DNA of 64,000 nt from IMG/VR virus record IMGVR_UViG_3300012173_000004, positions 1 to 64,000 of that record; one strand, written 5' to 3'. The stretch's first letter is position 1, and each line of letters begins with the position of its first letter. The DNA is from a virus. Lineage: Duplodnaviria > Caudoviricetes. Shown piece after piece: positions 39,204 to 49,277 of this stretch. The notes beneath the pieces are model-generated. The model was not told the DNA's origin. It searched no databases and worked only from the letters and a program-made list of their open reading frames with translations. A program made the position numbers and the translations under genes.

Positions 39204-40949
39204 ATGGCATTACCAAATCTACATTTTTATACTACGGCAGGTCTGACATTGTCTTCTCTGGACTTTGGTACGCTTGCCGCAGGATCTGAAACGGATCCAC
39301 TACAGTTCTATCTCTGGAACAATAAAAACAGTACGGGTCTCTTTGTTGATGATGCTCCTACGCCTCGTATCAGCGTATTGGACTCTCTTAATAGCAAGGC
39401 CGCTGATTTTATCACCCAGGGCTGGGTCCTTGCCCGCTCATCAGGTACCACTAATCCTGATGGTATTTTAAGTTTCTTTGATGACCAGCAAGCAGTTTAT
39501 ACACCAATTACGGACATCCAAGACTTACAGGTTGGTGCTATTCCAAATAACTGCGGTCGTTCCATTTATTTAAAGGTACGAGTACCTGCTGATGCACCAA
39601 CACAATCAAACTTGCAGATTCAGGTAGTGGGTGGTAATGCTCCTAACGTTCAGCCCCTTCCCTACTTTTTTAATCGTGCATTTGGCGACGGCGTTGTACA
39701 AGAAGCAGTAGCAGATGCTTTTACTCCTTATTACTTGACTCAGATTGGTACTTACAGCATAGCTGTGTTGCTATCAGGTGCCTATGTTGGTTTAGCGCCT
39801 ATTCGTGATTATCAGGTACAAGTTGTAACTGCTGGGACGCCAGGCGCCGCGACTTACAAGGTATCTAGTGATAACGGCAATACTTTCTCATCCACACTAA
39901 CATCAGCCACGACAGGTTTTACAAATCTTGTCACTTCAGCAGGACTTACTGAAGGCTTGCAGCTAACTTGGGTAGGCGGCCGTTTGGCGTCAGGTGACAA
40001 ATGGAATGTGCATGTTGATACCAGACCTTTCCGAGTCATTGGTGGTGCATCCAATTCCTTGACCGGTTACGTTGGAAGTGGTAATGCGCTCATTGCAAAT
40101 AACAGGGTGTATCATACCAAGCCCACTACTTTTTTGAGCTTAACAGCTTCAACACGTACATTTTTGTTCTTAGGCGTAGACGGTAGTTTTACGACCACTG
40201 TCACTAATTATAATGCTCAAGCTGGCAAGTTATTAATGGGTTGGTGGGATACCAATACTCTTGGTGTTACTAACTTTGGTAATCTTTTTAATTATGTTAG
40301 TCTGGGCCAAGATGCTTTTGATGATTTCTTGCCTATGTGGTCTTTGATCAATGGCCGCAATTGGTATTATTTTCAAGGCCGTTTTAAGAAATTCAATCAA
40401 ACAGTTTACCTACCTAGTCTTACTTCACTGATTGGTAGTTTGACCTTGACCGCAGGGATTACAAATTACTTGTATGTAGAACCCTTGAGTGAAGCTGTTG
40501 TAACTGCTCCCGGGGATTTCCCACCAGATGCTATTCCGTTGTTTGAAATAGGCGTGGGTACCAATTTCATCAATGGCGTTATTGATCGTAGAGCTCGAGT
40601 AGGATTGGTGGCGCCATCATTAAGAATGCAAGCATCTCTGACCACAAGTTCTGTAAATGCTAATGCCACTTCATCTTTTGATTTAACAGGCTTTGTTAAT
40701 AGGGCTTTGGTCCGTAAGTTAATTGTCGATGTTAGTGGCGGCGGTACTGGACACACTGTTTCAATTTACACTAACGCTGCAAAAAATGTATTGGAATACC
40801 AGGCTGGCGGTTTGTTAGATCCATTCACAGATTCTTTCCCGTGGTTCCATGAAGACACAGATAACACCAAACAGTTGCATGTAACTATTATGAATGGAGC
40901 TACAGCACAAACATTTAATTTTCAGTTTGATTTGGAAAGGTTTGCATAG
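39204..40949 (+). CDS. Tail fibre/baseplate structural protein
   Basis: T/G/S-rich beta composition; within the tail module. Confidence 0.55.
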   Translation: MALPNLHFYTTAGLTLSSLDFGTLAAGSETDPLQFYLWNNKNSTGLFVDDAPTPRISVLDSLNSKAADFITQGWVLARSSGTTNPDGILSFFDDQQAVYTPITDIQDLQVGAIPNNCGRSIYLKVRVPADAPTQSNLQIQVVGGNAPNVQPLPYFFNRAFGDGVVQEAVADAFTPYYLTQIGTYSIAVLLSGAYVGLAPIRDYQVQVVTAGTPGAATYKVSSDNGNTFSSTLTSATTGFTNLVTSAGLTEGLQLTWVGGRLASGDKWNVHVDTRPFRVIGGASNSLTGYVGSGNALIANNRVYHTKPTTFLSLTASTRTFLFLGVDGSFTTTVTNYNAQAGKLLMGWWDTNTLGVTNFGNLFNYVSLGQDAFDDFLPMWSLINGRNWYYFQGRFKKFNQTVYLPSLTSLIGSLTLTAGITNYLYVEPLSEAVVTAPGDFPPDAIPLFEIGVGTNFINGVIDRRARVGLVAPSLRMQASLTTSSVNANATSSFDLTGFVNRALVRKLIVDVSGGGTGHTVSIYTNAAKNVLEYQAGGLLDPFTDSFPWFHEDTDNTKQLHVTIMNGATAQTFNFQFDLERFA

Positions 40950-41689
40950 TGGCCTTTCCTGTTATAGCAGCAACTAATACTTCATCCCATACTAGTAACA
41001 CTACTAGCCACACTATAAATTTACCCTCTGGTATCGTTTCAGGTAATTTGCTGATTGTATTTTTTACTTGCGGACCCCCTAATAATGGTGACGTGACTAT
41101 TACCTGGCCTGCAGGTTGGAACATACTCTCTGAAACATTTTTAGCTGGATCATTAGGTCATAAGCAATCAACTTATTATCGCCGTGCTGATGGTAGTGAG
41201 GGTTCTACTATTACAATAACTACTTCTGCTCTTCGTGTATCAGCGCATGGTTCTTACCGCATTACCGGGCACCATGCAACTCGTAATCCTGAAGCAGGTG
41301 TGGCAGCCACAGGATCAAGTACCAGTGCTAACCCACCGTCATTAAATCCTTCAGCGTGGGGAACTGAAGATACTTTATGGGCCGCATTCGGTTCAGCGGA
41401 ATCTGGCGCAGCTCAATTTTCAGGTTTTCCTAGTGGTTATACATTAAACCAGCTTTCAGTTTCAGGTAATAATGTCCAGTTGGGTGCCGCGGCAAAGCAG
41501 TCACGGGTAGAATCAGAAGATCCTGGAACTTTTACTAATCCAAATGCACCGTGGATTGCCCAGACATTTGCCGTACCTCCTGCACCGGATGATACTGGTA
41601 CTCGTACCCATCCCGTGCAACAGGCAGCTCGTATATTTCCTAATCCGCCAGCGGAAAGAACTTTTCCAAAGGTACCTACTTTAGTTTAG
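40949..41689 (+). CDS. Virion surface/fibre-associated beta-domain protein
   Basis: LPSGIVSGNLLIVF..PAGWN..YYRRADGSEG; S/T-rich. Confidence 0.5.
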   Translation: MAFPVIAATNTSSHTSNTTSHTINLPSGIVSGNLLIVFFTCGPPNNGDVTITWPAGWNILSETFLAGSLGHKQSTYYRRADGSEGSTITITTSALRVSAHGSYRITGHHATRNPEAGVAATGSSTSANPPSLNPSAWGTEDTLWAAFGSAESGAAQFSGFPSGYTLNQLSVSGNNVQLGAAAKQSRVESEDPGTFTNPNAPWIAQTFAVPPAPDDTGTRTHPVQQAARIFPNPPAERTFPKVPTLV

Positions 41690-41702
41690 AGGTAAGGCAT
41701 TT

Positions 41703-42020
41703 ATGACTAAGATTAAACAAAAAGGTAAGTGGTATGATTTAAGTGGTCATCCTTTAGTTGCTTCATTGTTGTCAAATGTAGCGGTACTTGGTGCTCTCGG
41801 TGGAAGTGTTTGGGCTCTTGGTGATCGTCCTCCTTGGGCAGGCATTCAACGTGTCAGTAATATAGAACAGGCAAATATGTTAACTCGTTATAGTCAGGTT
41901 CTAGAAGCCATAACGAAATTGAAAAATAAGAAAAGAACTTCAGAGGAGCAGCAGTGGTATAATAGTTTGCTTCTTGAACAAAAAATCTTAGCTTGTCAAT
42001 TGAAACTGGAGAAATGTTAA
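41703..42020 (+). CDS. Small membrane protein upstream of the endolysin (possible holin/antiholin)
   Basis: One hydrophobic segment plus a coiled coil; coupled to the lysin gene. Confidence 0.4.
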   Translation: MTKIKQKGKWYDLSGHPLVASLLSNVAVLGALGGSVWALGDRPPWAGIQRVSNIEQANMLTRYSQVLEAITKLKNKKRTSEEQQWYNSLLLEQKILACQLKLEKC

Positions 42021-42559
42021 TGGCTTATTCTCAAATCTTCGAACGCGTTATTAAACATCATTTTCTTGTTGAGGGTGGAGAAGTTGATAATCCCTATGAT
42101 CCCGGTGGTTATACTAAGTATGGAATTGCACAACGTTATAATTCTGATGTTGATGTTCGTGGTTTGACAGAGGAAACTGCCAAGGCCTTGTATTACGAGC
42201 GTTACTGGAAACCTCTTGGATTGGATGCTATTTCAGATGAAAGAGTGGCTGCTGAGATGTTTGACCAGGGCGCCGGTCCCAATGGCATTTCAGTTGCTAT
42301 TAAAATAGCGCAAGGCGCTCTTAACTTATTGCGCGTTTCTGTTAAAGTAGACGGTGCAATGGGTCCGATAACCGCAGCGGCCTTGAATGGGTATCCTCAT
42401 ATTGATGCCTTAGTCAAATTAATGAATTGTCTGCAGTTCACTCATTTCTTAGTTGGTAGTGCAAATGTCGAAGAAGTTATTCAGATGGCTCGAGAGCGTT
42501 TGCCTCAACTAAAAGAGTTTATGCGTGGCTGGCTGAAGCGTATTGACGCTAGCACGTGA
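42020..42559 (+). CDS. Endolysin, glycoside hydrolase family 108
   Basis: EGG.VDNPYDPGGYTKYGI, YYERYW, VDGAMGPIT and FMRGWLKR motifs. Confidence 0.9.
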   Translation: MAYSQIFERVIKHHFLVEGGEVDNPYDPGGYTKYGIAQRYNSDVDVRGLTEETAKALYYERYWKPLGLDAISDERVAAEMFDQGAGPNGISVAIKIAQGALNLLRVSVKVDGAMGPITAAALNGYPHIDALVKLMNCLQFTHFLVGSANVEEVIQMARERLPQLKEFMRGWLKRIDAST

Positions 42560-42650
42560 TTGTTCTTGGTGCTTACCCTAATATGGTAAAGCATGCTGTC
42601 AGTTTCATTAACCTCACAAAACATCAGAGTATTATTAAAAGGGGAAATTC

Positions 42651-43895
42651 ATGGGTACAAAATGGACTACTAACGAAATTGCTTTGCTTCGTAAACATTA
42701 CAGCATACGTGGTCCAAAAGGTCTACAAGAACTCTTGCCTGGTCGCACAGCTGCAGCCATTGAAAATCAGGCCGGTTCGTTGGGTTTATATTTTGAAGCC
42801 TCTCACAAGACCAATACAATAACTGCAGCAGCAGCCCTTACCCAAGAAGAAATCGATAACGTAGCCAAGCAAAAGATTCTTAAGTTTTTAGGTGGTGGCA
42901 AGCATAAGGGTCTTATTGATGTTTGTAACCACCTTGATAAGTCTCCTGCCGCAATTCAGAAGTATCTCACTGAACTCAAAAAAGAACATTATAATATTAG
43001 TCTTAAACCCGAAGGTGTTTCGTTGGCGTCCGACCCCCTACAGGGTGGCAAACAGGTTATTGATGTTGAAAAGTACTTCGGCAGCAGTCGTGAAGTTACT
43101 TTTGGTGTCATCAGTGACATGCATTATGGCAACGTCCATAGTCGTGAAGAGCTCATCAAGCTCCAGTATGAAATCTTTAAACGTGAAGGCGTTGAGATTG
43201 TCTTTGAATGCGGCAACATGATTGATGGTGAGCTACATCTCAATCGTTATGAACTTGTTGCTAGTGGCATTGATGGGCAAGTTAACTATTTAGTCAATCA
43301 TGCTCCGCGGGTTGACGGTGTCACCACGTATTTCATTACGGGTGACGATCATGAAGGTTGGTTGGCCCATAACGTAGGAATCAACATTGGTGCGCATATT
43401 CAAGATTCTTTTGAGCGGGCTGGTCGCACTGATTGGAAGTATCTGGGATTTCTTGAAGCCGATGTTGAATTTAAGACCAGAGAGGGTGGCGCATGCGTTC
43501 GGTTAGCCCATCCAGGTGGCGGGACGGCCTATGCTCTCAGCTATACCCTACAGAAGATAGTTGAGTCCCTACAGGGAGGCGAAAAACCGCACGTATACCT
43601 TTCTGGTCATTACCACAAGATGGGGTACTGGATGGTTCGTAACATTCACACCTTCTTGGTTGGTTGCATGGAAGATCAGACGACTTTCATGCGTAAGAAA
43701 CACATTGAAGCTCATCTTGGCGCTTACATTGTACGCATGACTTTGGCGCCGAACGGTACGATTTTAAAGATTCTCCCAGAGGCCTTTCCATACTTCGATA
43801 AGAAGGTTTATCAGGTCAATGGTGATTATAATATGCCTGGCTTGGAAGTAGTCGAGGCAAAAAAGAAAAAACCAGCACCTGTTAAAACGTTCTAA
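42651..43895 (+). CDS. Calcineurin-like metallophosphoesterase with N-terminal Myb/HTH domains
   Basis: SDMHYG, GNMIDG, GDDHE and SGHYH motifs. Confidence 0.85.
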   Translation: MGTKWTTNEIALLRKHYSIRGPKGLQELLPGRTAAAIENQAGSLGLYFEASHKTNTITAAAALTQEEIDNVAKQKILKFLGGGKHKGLIDVCNHLDKSPAAIQKYLTELKKEHYNISLKPEGVSLASDPLQGGKQVIDVEKYFGSSREVTFGVISDMHYGNVHSREELIKLQYEIFKREGVEIVFECGNMIDGELHLNRYELVASGIDGQVNYLVNHAPRVDGVTTYFITGDDHEGWLAHNVGINIGAHIQDSFERAGRTDWKYLGFLEADVEFKTREGGACVRLAHPGGGTAYALSYTLQKIVESLQGGEKPHVYLSGHYHKMGYWMVRNIHTFLVGCMEDQTTFMRKKHIEAHLGAYIVRMTLAPNGTILKILPEAFPYFDKKVYQVNGDYNMPGLEVVEAKKKKPAPVKTF

Positions 43896-43911
43896 GTGGT
43901 GGAGGGGTCAG

Positions 43912-45525
43912 ATGTCGCAATTTTCGGATTTGATCTTTAAGCGTACCTATGCTTTTACTGAAGACGAAACGTGGGAGCAATGCGCTAGGCGGGTATCACA
44001 TTTCGTTGCCCAAGCAGCGCCACAAGAATGGGCAAAAAGCGAGCTAGAATATCTTTTCTACAAGGTAATTTCCACCAAAAAGTTCATTCCCGGTGGAAGG
44101 TACCTTTATTCAGCCGGCCGTAAGATTCCCCAGTTAAATAACTGTTTCTTGTTGCGAGCTGAAGATAGTCGTGAAGGTTGGGGTCGTTTAGTTGATCGCC
44201 ATGTTAACGGCTTGGCAACTGGTGGTGGCTGTGGCACCGAGTATTCACAGATACGTGAGAACGGTGCACCCATCAAGGGTTACGGTGGCACAGCTTCAGG
44301 TCCCATATCATTGATGGCGATGGTTAATGAAGTCGCCAGGCATGTACTTGCAGGTGGAAAGAGACGTTCTGCTCTATGGGCAGGTCTCAATTGGCAGCAT
44401 CCTGATATTGAAGCTTTTATTTCAGTTAAGAACTGGTCAACTCAGATGCGTGCCTGTAAAGAGGCAGATTTTAATTTTCCAGCGCCTCTTGACATGACGA
44501 ATATTTCAGTGGGTTTAGATGACGACTTTTTTGCGGAAGTGCATAAGAATCCCAAGGTATGGGATCTCTATTACCGCATCTGCAAATCAATGTGTAAGAC
44601 TGGCGAGCCAGGGTTCTCTGTTAATTTAGGGAACAGGCGCAATGAAACGCTTCGCAATGCATGTACAGAAGTCACGAGTGAATTCGACTCAGATACATGT
44701 AACCTTGGCTCCGTCAATCTCAGTCGTATTAGTGATCTTGAAGAATTAAAAACTGTGACTGCCATTGGTGTGCAGTTTTTGTATTGTGGTACTTTTTTGA
44801 GCTGGCTGCCACATCAGGACTTTGTCAATGTTCGTAATAAGCTTCGGCGTATTGGTATTGGCTTAATGGGCGTGCATGAGTGGTGCTTGAAGAATGATTT
44901 ACCCTATGCCCCTAGTGATAAGCTGGACCGTTGGCTATTTGAATGGCGAGATGCCTCCGCTGAGCAGGCAGCAAATATGGGTCACATTTTTGGATCAGAC
45001 ACCATCCAGCCAATTGCTGTGCGAGCTATTGCACCTACAGGTACTATTGGCATCATTGGTGAGACAACCACTGGCATCGAACCTATTTTCTGTGTTGCCT
45101 ATAAGCGTCGCTTCCTCAATGGTGCAGACGGCAAATGGAAATATTCTTACGTCGTTGATCCTACAGCTGAGCGCTTGATACAACAAGGTATCAAGCCAGA
45201 TGCCATTGAAGATGCTTATGAGCTAGCCCATGACGTTGAACGCCGCCTTAAAATGCAAGCATTCGTTCAACAATACGTTGATCAGGGCATTTCTTCAACC
45301 ATCAATATGCCAGCTTGGGGTGAACCTGGTAACAATAATGCCAAACATTTTGCACAGACTTTATTGAAGTATCTCCCCCAATTGAGAGGTATTACTGTTT
45401 ATCCTGAAGGTGCTCGTGCGGGCCAGCCTATCACACCCATGAGTTATGAGGAAGCTATAAAACATAAGGGTGTTGTGTTTGAAGAATCTGGTGATCGCTG
45501 TATTGGTGGAACTTGCGGTGTTTGA
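43912..45525 (+). CDS. nrdJ: Class II (B12-dependent) ribonucleotide reductase
   Basis: PGGRYL, NNCF, RRSA, GEPG, NACTE, CNLGS, APTGT, ISSTIN and C-terminal CxxGxC; no beta subunit adjacent. Confidence 0.88.
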   Translation: MSQFSDLIFKRTYAFTEDETWEQCARRVSHFVAQAAPQEWAKSELEYLFYKVISTKKFIPGGRYLYSAGRKIPQLNNCFLLRAEDSREGWGRLVDRHVNGLATGGGCGTEYSQIRENGAPIKGYGGTASGPISLMAMVNEVARHVLAGGKRRSALWAGLNWQHPDIEAFISVKNWSTQMRACKEADFNFPAPLDMTNISVGLDDDFFAEVHKNPKVWDLYYRICKSMCKTGEPGFSVNLGNRRNETLRNACTEVTSEFDSDTCNLGSVNLSRISDLEELKTVTAIGVQFLYCGTFLSWLPHQDFVNVRNKLRRIGIGLMGVHEWCLKNDLPYAPSDKLDRWLFEWRDASAEQAANMGHIFGSDTIQPIAVRAIAPTGTIGIIGETTTGIEPIFCVAYKRRFLNGADGKWKYSYVVDPTAERLIQQGIKPDAIEDAYELAHDVERRLKMQAFVQQYVDQGISSTINMPAWGEPGNNNAKHFAQTLLKYLPQLRGITVYPEGARAGQPITPMSYEEAIKHKGVVFEESGDRCIGGTCGV

Positions 45526-45526
45526 C

Positions 45527-45781
45527 ATGAACCGTCGCGAAAAACCAAATGCCAAGCTCGGTAAGATTACACAGGTGGATGAAGGTGTTGCATTAAGGTA
45601 TCACAGGCGCAAAGACGGTAGCGTGGTTATGCACACCATCTGTTGTGACTGTTGCTTAGTCCATCTTGAACAATACATTGTAAATAAAAATTATATCTCC
45701 GTTAAGGTTTGGAGAGTGGATAATGCTACCCGAAAGCTCAGAACCAAATTTAAACGTCAAGTGCTACGAGATCAATCATGA
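45527..45781 (+). CDS. Small Cys-motif protein (CCDCCLVH)
   Basis: Coupled ORF with a Cys/His cluster. Confidence 0.5.
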   Translation: MNRREKPNAKLGKITQVDEGVALRYHRRKDGSVVMHTICCDCCLVHLEQYIVNKNYISVKVWRVDNATRKLRTKFKRQVLRDQS

Positions 45782-46235
45782 AGCTTTGTATCATGATTTG
45801 ATGCTGTTCGCAGACTATGTTCGTTTAACGTACAAGGAGAAGCCTCGCTTATTTGGCGTACCCCGTGGAGGCTTAATAATAGCTGGCCACTTGGCACATA
45901 TCCTTGACATCAAAGAAATTCTTGCCTGTCCAGTTTCACTCATGCCTTTGATGCGAAATCTTATGAAACCGACAGATCTAATTGTTGAAGATATCTATGA
46001 TTCAGGTAAAACGTACCGTGAGATACGTGAATATGTGTGGCCTGAAGTACGTGTTGTGTCCCTTTATTGTAAGCGGGATTATCCTGAAGATTGTGAGGGC
46101 CAATCTCAATTTATAAGGTCACTTGACGTCGCACCTGATACCTTTGTATTATTTCCATGGGAGAAGATGGCTTATGAGTACTATGAAAAGTTTAAGCACA
46201 ACAGGTTTGTCCAAGGTTGGTGGGCACAAAGCTGA
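45723..46235 (+). CDS. Type I phosphoribosyltransferase (purine PRTase-like)
   Basis: GVPRGGL, LIVEDIYDSGKT PRPP loop and FPWE. Confidence 0.85.
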   Translation: MLPESSEPNLNVKCYEINHEALYHDLMLFADYVRLTYKEKPRLFGVPRGGLIIAGHLAHILDIKEILACPVSLMPLMRNLMKPTDLIVEDIYDSGKTYREIREYVWPEVRVVSLYCKRDYPEDCEGQSQFIRSLDVAPDTFVLFPWEKMAYEYYEKFKHNRFVQGWWAQS

Positions 46236-46647
46236 TGGTGGCAAATTAGACTTTTCGCTACTACCTACTGTTTTATGGCATCTTGTTCAAGTTTATACTT
46301 TAGGCGCTATCAAGTATGGTCGAGGTAATTACAAGAAAGGAATGAAGTTTAGCAGGATCTTCGCGGCTACATGTCGTCACTTATTTCGCTGGTGGTGGTT
46401 TCGTGAAAAGTTAGATCCTATCGATGGCCAGCATCATTTAGCTTCAGCTGCCTGGGGTTGTTTAACATTGATGGAATACGAAATCATACACCCTGATAAA
46501 GATGATCGTGTTAACGGACCAGCTGATGAACTAATAACACTGTTTCCTGAAAAGGGCATTGATTACTTGGCTATGATTGACGTTAAGGGCTGGGAAGATG
46601 ACGTACCTATAAAGGTAAAGCTAAAAAGTAAGAAGAGGAAGAAGTAA
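46174..46647 (+). CDS. DUF5664 dATP/dGTP diphosphohydrolase-domain protein
   Basis: KADGGK...LLP, GAIKYG..NY.KG, RHL and HHLASAAW motifs. Confidence 0.8.
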   Translation: MSTMKSLSTTGLSKVGGHKADGGKLDFSLLPTVLWHLVQVYTLGAIKYGRGNYKKGMKFSRIFAATCRHLFRWWWFREKLDPIDGQHHLASAAWGCLTLMEYEIIHPDKDDRVNGPADELITLFPEKGIDYLAMIDVKGWEDDVPIKVKLKSKKRKK

Positions 46648-46973
46648 TGGAACGTAAGGAAGTTTTTGAACTGATTGATGGCGAACGCACCTACCAGGAA
46701 AGATTGTGGAACGGTTCCACAACAGTTTTGGGTAATGAACACAGGAACAAGCATTCTCTTGAGGAATGGTTCTTGTATATTGAAGATTATGTCAGTGAAG
46801 CAAAACACATTTTATCACGAATTGCTTCGCCTGACTGTGATCGTGAGGCTTCTTCAATTATGCGCAAGGTGGCAGCCTTGGCAGTTGTTGCACTTGAACA
46901 ACATGGCGCAGAATCCCGAGGTCTTCCAGTGCCTGAAATAATTAAGGCCCATGGTATAGCAGAGATGAAATGA
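46647..46973 (+). CDS. MazG-like all-alpha protein
   Basis: ER.YQ..LW, EW..YI..Y..EA and KVAALAVVALE pattern. Confidence 0.5.
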   Translation: MERKEVFELIDGERTYQERLWNGSTTVLGNEHRNKHSLEEWFLYIEDYVSEAKHILSRIASPDCDREASSIMRKVAALAVVALEQHGAESRGLPVPEIIKAHGIAEMK

Positions 46974-47103
46974 TGATTGATTAGATGCTATTTGAATGTG
47001 AAATATTTAACTGTTTCTGGCATGATCCCCGTTTCTGGGTAGCTTCAGGTCCAGCAATATTTGGTATGTTTTTGTTTCTAATCATGGCAGTAAAAAGGAG
47101 ATT

Positions 47104-47601
47104 GTGGTAATGACACGTACTAAGGAATGGTGGGATAATTGGTTCTTACAGCTGGCGGCTTTTTACTCCACCGCTTCAAAAGATCCTAGCACGAAAGTAG
47201 GTGCTGTACTCGTTGAATCTAGAACTAATTTGGTGTTAGGTCTAGGCTACAACGGTTTTCCACGAGGTGTACAAGATACACAAGAACGTCTAGAAAATCG
47301 TGAACTCAAATATAAACTTGTTGTGCATGCTGAGGTTAATGCCATATTAATGGCCGGTAACCGTGCCAGGGGTGGTCGCCTTTACGTTTATCCTAGTTTC
47401 ATGCTCCCACCCATTTGCAATGAGTGTTGCAAGGTGGCCATTCAAGCTGGCATCTCAGAAATTGTTGGCTTCATGGTTGATGAGCAGGATGCTCGTGCCT
47501 TGCGGTGGAAAGATTCTATTTTGATTTCAAGAATGATGTGTGATGAAGCTGGCATAGCTTACCGTGGAATTCCATTACAGGAAATAGGTCATGGTGGATA
47601 A
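47104..47601 (+). CDS. dCMP deaminase
   Basis: SKDPSTKVGA, GYNG, HAEVNA and P.CNEC motifs. Confidence 0.9.
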   Translation: MVMTRTKEWWDNWFLQLAAFYSTASKDPSTKVGAVLVESRTNLVLGLGYNGFPRGVQDTQERLENRELKYKLVVHAEVNAILMAGNRARGGRLYVYPSFMLPPICNECCKVAIQAGISEIVGFMVDEQDARALRWKDSILISRMMCDEAGIAYRGIPLQEIGHGG

Positions 47602-47983
47602 TCGTAATACCTTCCCTCAGTGGATTGCTGTTGATCTAGACGGAACATTGGCATATTACGATAGCAATCGAGGCCTTAGTCTTGATTATATTGGTCCACC
47701 TATTACGTCAATGCTTGTAAGAGTTCTTGGTTGGTTAAGAGAAGGAAAAACAGTCAAGATCTTCACCGCCAGAGCTGCTATGCCAGAACAAATAGCATTA
47801 ATACACTCGTGGTGTAAAATTAATCTTGGCGTCGAACTAGAAGTTACTAATGCTAAAGATCCAGGTATGATAACGATGTACGATGATCGTTGTGTACTCG
47901 TCGAACATAATACAGGTAAGATCCTGGCATTCCCCAGCATTATGCACATAGACACTGACGCTTGTAAAACTACAGGTGATTGA
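47591..47983 (+). CDS. HAD-superfamily phosphatase
   Basis: AVDLDGTLA, FTAR, TN.K and YDDR motifs. Confidence 0.8.
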   Translation: MVDNRNTFPQWIAVDLDGTLAYYDSNRGLSLDYIGPPITSMLVRVLGWLREGKTVKIFTARAAMPEQIALIHSWCKINLGVELEVTNAKDPGMITMYDDRCVLVEHNTGKILAFPSIMHIDTDACKTTGD

Positions 47984-47987
47984 TAGC

Positions 47988-48016
47988 TTGCTACCTTTTA
48001 GTGTAAGTTATATAAT
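47988..48016 (+). promoter_or_regulatory. Sigma70 promoter TTGCTA-N17-TATAAT
   Basis: Perfect -10 box, 17-bp spacer, followed by AGGAGG SD. Confidence 0.7.
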
Positions 48017-48045
48017 TAACCCATTAACCTAGGAGGACTCGTTCC

Positions 48046-48513
48046 ATGAAAAAGTACTTAAGTATTGTTTTTGCTGCTCTTTTTGTTTTCGTGTTCACAG
48101 GCTGCGGTGCTGTCTCAGCTGTAAAACAGCAAGTCGTCGACAAAGTGGTCACCCATGTCGACGAAGATCTAACTCAAGTTAGCCAAATCGCTGCTATCGC
48201 TGACAAACAGGATGTCAAGCAGTGTTCTGATTGGTTGCAAGTTACCGTTGGTAGTTTAAAATCGAATACTGAACTCGCTGATAAGCTCGACGCTATCGAC
48301 ACTTCCGGTAATTTGATGGCCAGCGCTTTCAAAGATTATTTGATAGCTGAAGCCAGTAGAAACGCTGGTCAGGGTCTTATGGAAGAGGTTAAGAAAAACT
48401 TTGCCTCGAAGTGTGGCCAAGTCCAAACTCAATTGACAATAAACTTTTTACGTAAGGCTGCCAAAGTCGGTGCTGCTAGTCGTGGTAATGTCGGTGCTCT
48501 TTTGACGCCGTAG
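48046..48513 (+). CDS. Lipoprotein (moron)
   Basis: MKKY + hydrophobic stretch + FTGC lipobox. Confidence 0.75.
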   Translation: MKKYLSIVFAALFVFVFTGCGAVSAVKQQVVDKVVTHVDEDLTQVSQIAAIADKQDVKQCSDWLQVTVGSLKSNTELADKLDAIDTSGNLMASAFKDYLIAEASRNAGQGLMEEVKKNFASKCGQVQTQLTINFLRKAAKVGAASRGNVGALLTP

Positions 48514-48540
48514 TCAAACACGCTTTTTACTGTTATACTT

Positions 48541-48580
48541 AAGGGACCTTGAGACATTGCCCAAGGTCCCTTTTTTGTTG
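48541..48580 (+). terminator. Intrinsic terminator
   Basis: AAGGGACCTTG/CAAGGTCCCTT stem followed by a T run. Confidence 0.8.
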
Positions 48581-48591
48581 TAAGGTAAATT

Positions 48592-49029
48592 ATGAGCGTA
48601 CCCGCAGCTGGCGAATCATTACCCATTGATGTCAACTACCGTAGTGGTGTTGGTGGTGTCGAAGCAGAAGACGGCGAACGTGTAAGAAATTTACGTATTC
48701 GCCGAAACAGTGATCGTTTGCTTGTTGAGTCTGGTCCTGCTGCAACTAGCTTATTACCTAGTGAAATTCTTATCGATGAATCGGGTACAGGTTTGACATT
48801 CGCCACTGCTTTAAAGTGGTTAGCAGTGGCGAATGATGATCTTACAGACTCAGTCTGGGTACGTTTGGATTCCTTGGTAGGTTCTACTGTATCTGCAACG
48901 TCTTTTAAAGTAGGGCCTCAAGAACTGTTTGATTTGGACGTAGATCGTATTAAAAGTGGGATAACTTCGATCTCATTGAAAACTTTAACAGGTACTGTCG
49001 CCACTTGCCGAGTTATGACAGGACTTTAG
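48592..49029 (+). CDS. Hypothetical beta-rich virion protein
   Basis: First ORF of the second structural-like cluster. Confidence 0.45.
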   Translation: MSVPAAGESLPIDVNYRSGVGGVEAEDGERVRNLRIRRNSDRLLVESGPAATSLLPSEILIDESGTGLTFATALKWLAVANDDLTDSVWVRLDSLVGSTVSATSFKVGPQELFDLDVDRIKSGITSISLKTLTGTVATCRVMTGL

Positions 49030-49037
49030 GAGACAAG

Positions 49038-49274
49038 ATGCAGCTAAGTGAATTTGTACGCACTAGGGTAGAAGATGCCGTGAATGGTGTATTGACGTCA
49101 GCTCCTCCCCAATTAAAAACAGGTTACAAGACAACTGAGTTTGGAACATCGACAAGTCTAATTTCTTTTCTTTGTTTCCAAGCCTACAACACAGGTGATC
49201 CTCAGTGGGCTTACATGGCCACTGCTGTCACTAGCGTATATGTTTTAGCTCGAACTTTTGCAAAGCGGAGCTAA
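49038..49274 (+). CDS. Holin-like small membrane protein
   Basis: KTGYKTTEF followed by two short hydrophobic segments and YVLART..K. Confidence 0.45.
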   Translation: MQLSEFVRTRVEDAVNGVLTSAPPQLKTGYKTTEFGTSTSLISFLCFQAYNTGDPQWAYMATAVTSVYVLARTFAKRS

Positions 49275-49277
49275 TTA

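Noticed and set aside
42556-42822. 88-aa ORF after the endolysin
   Set aside because: Overlaps the metallophosphoesterase gene out of frame and has no recognisable features
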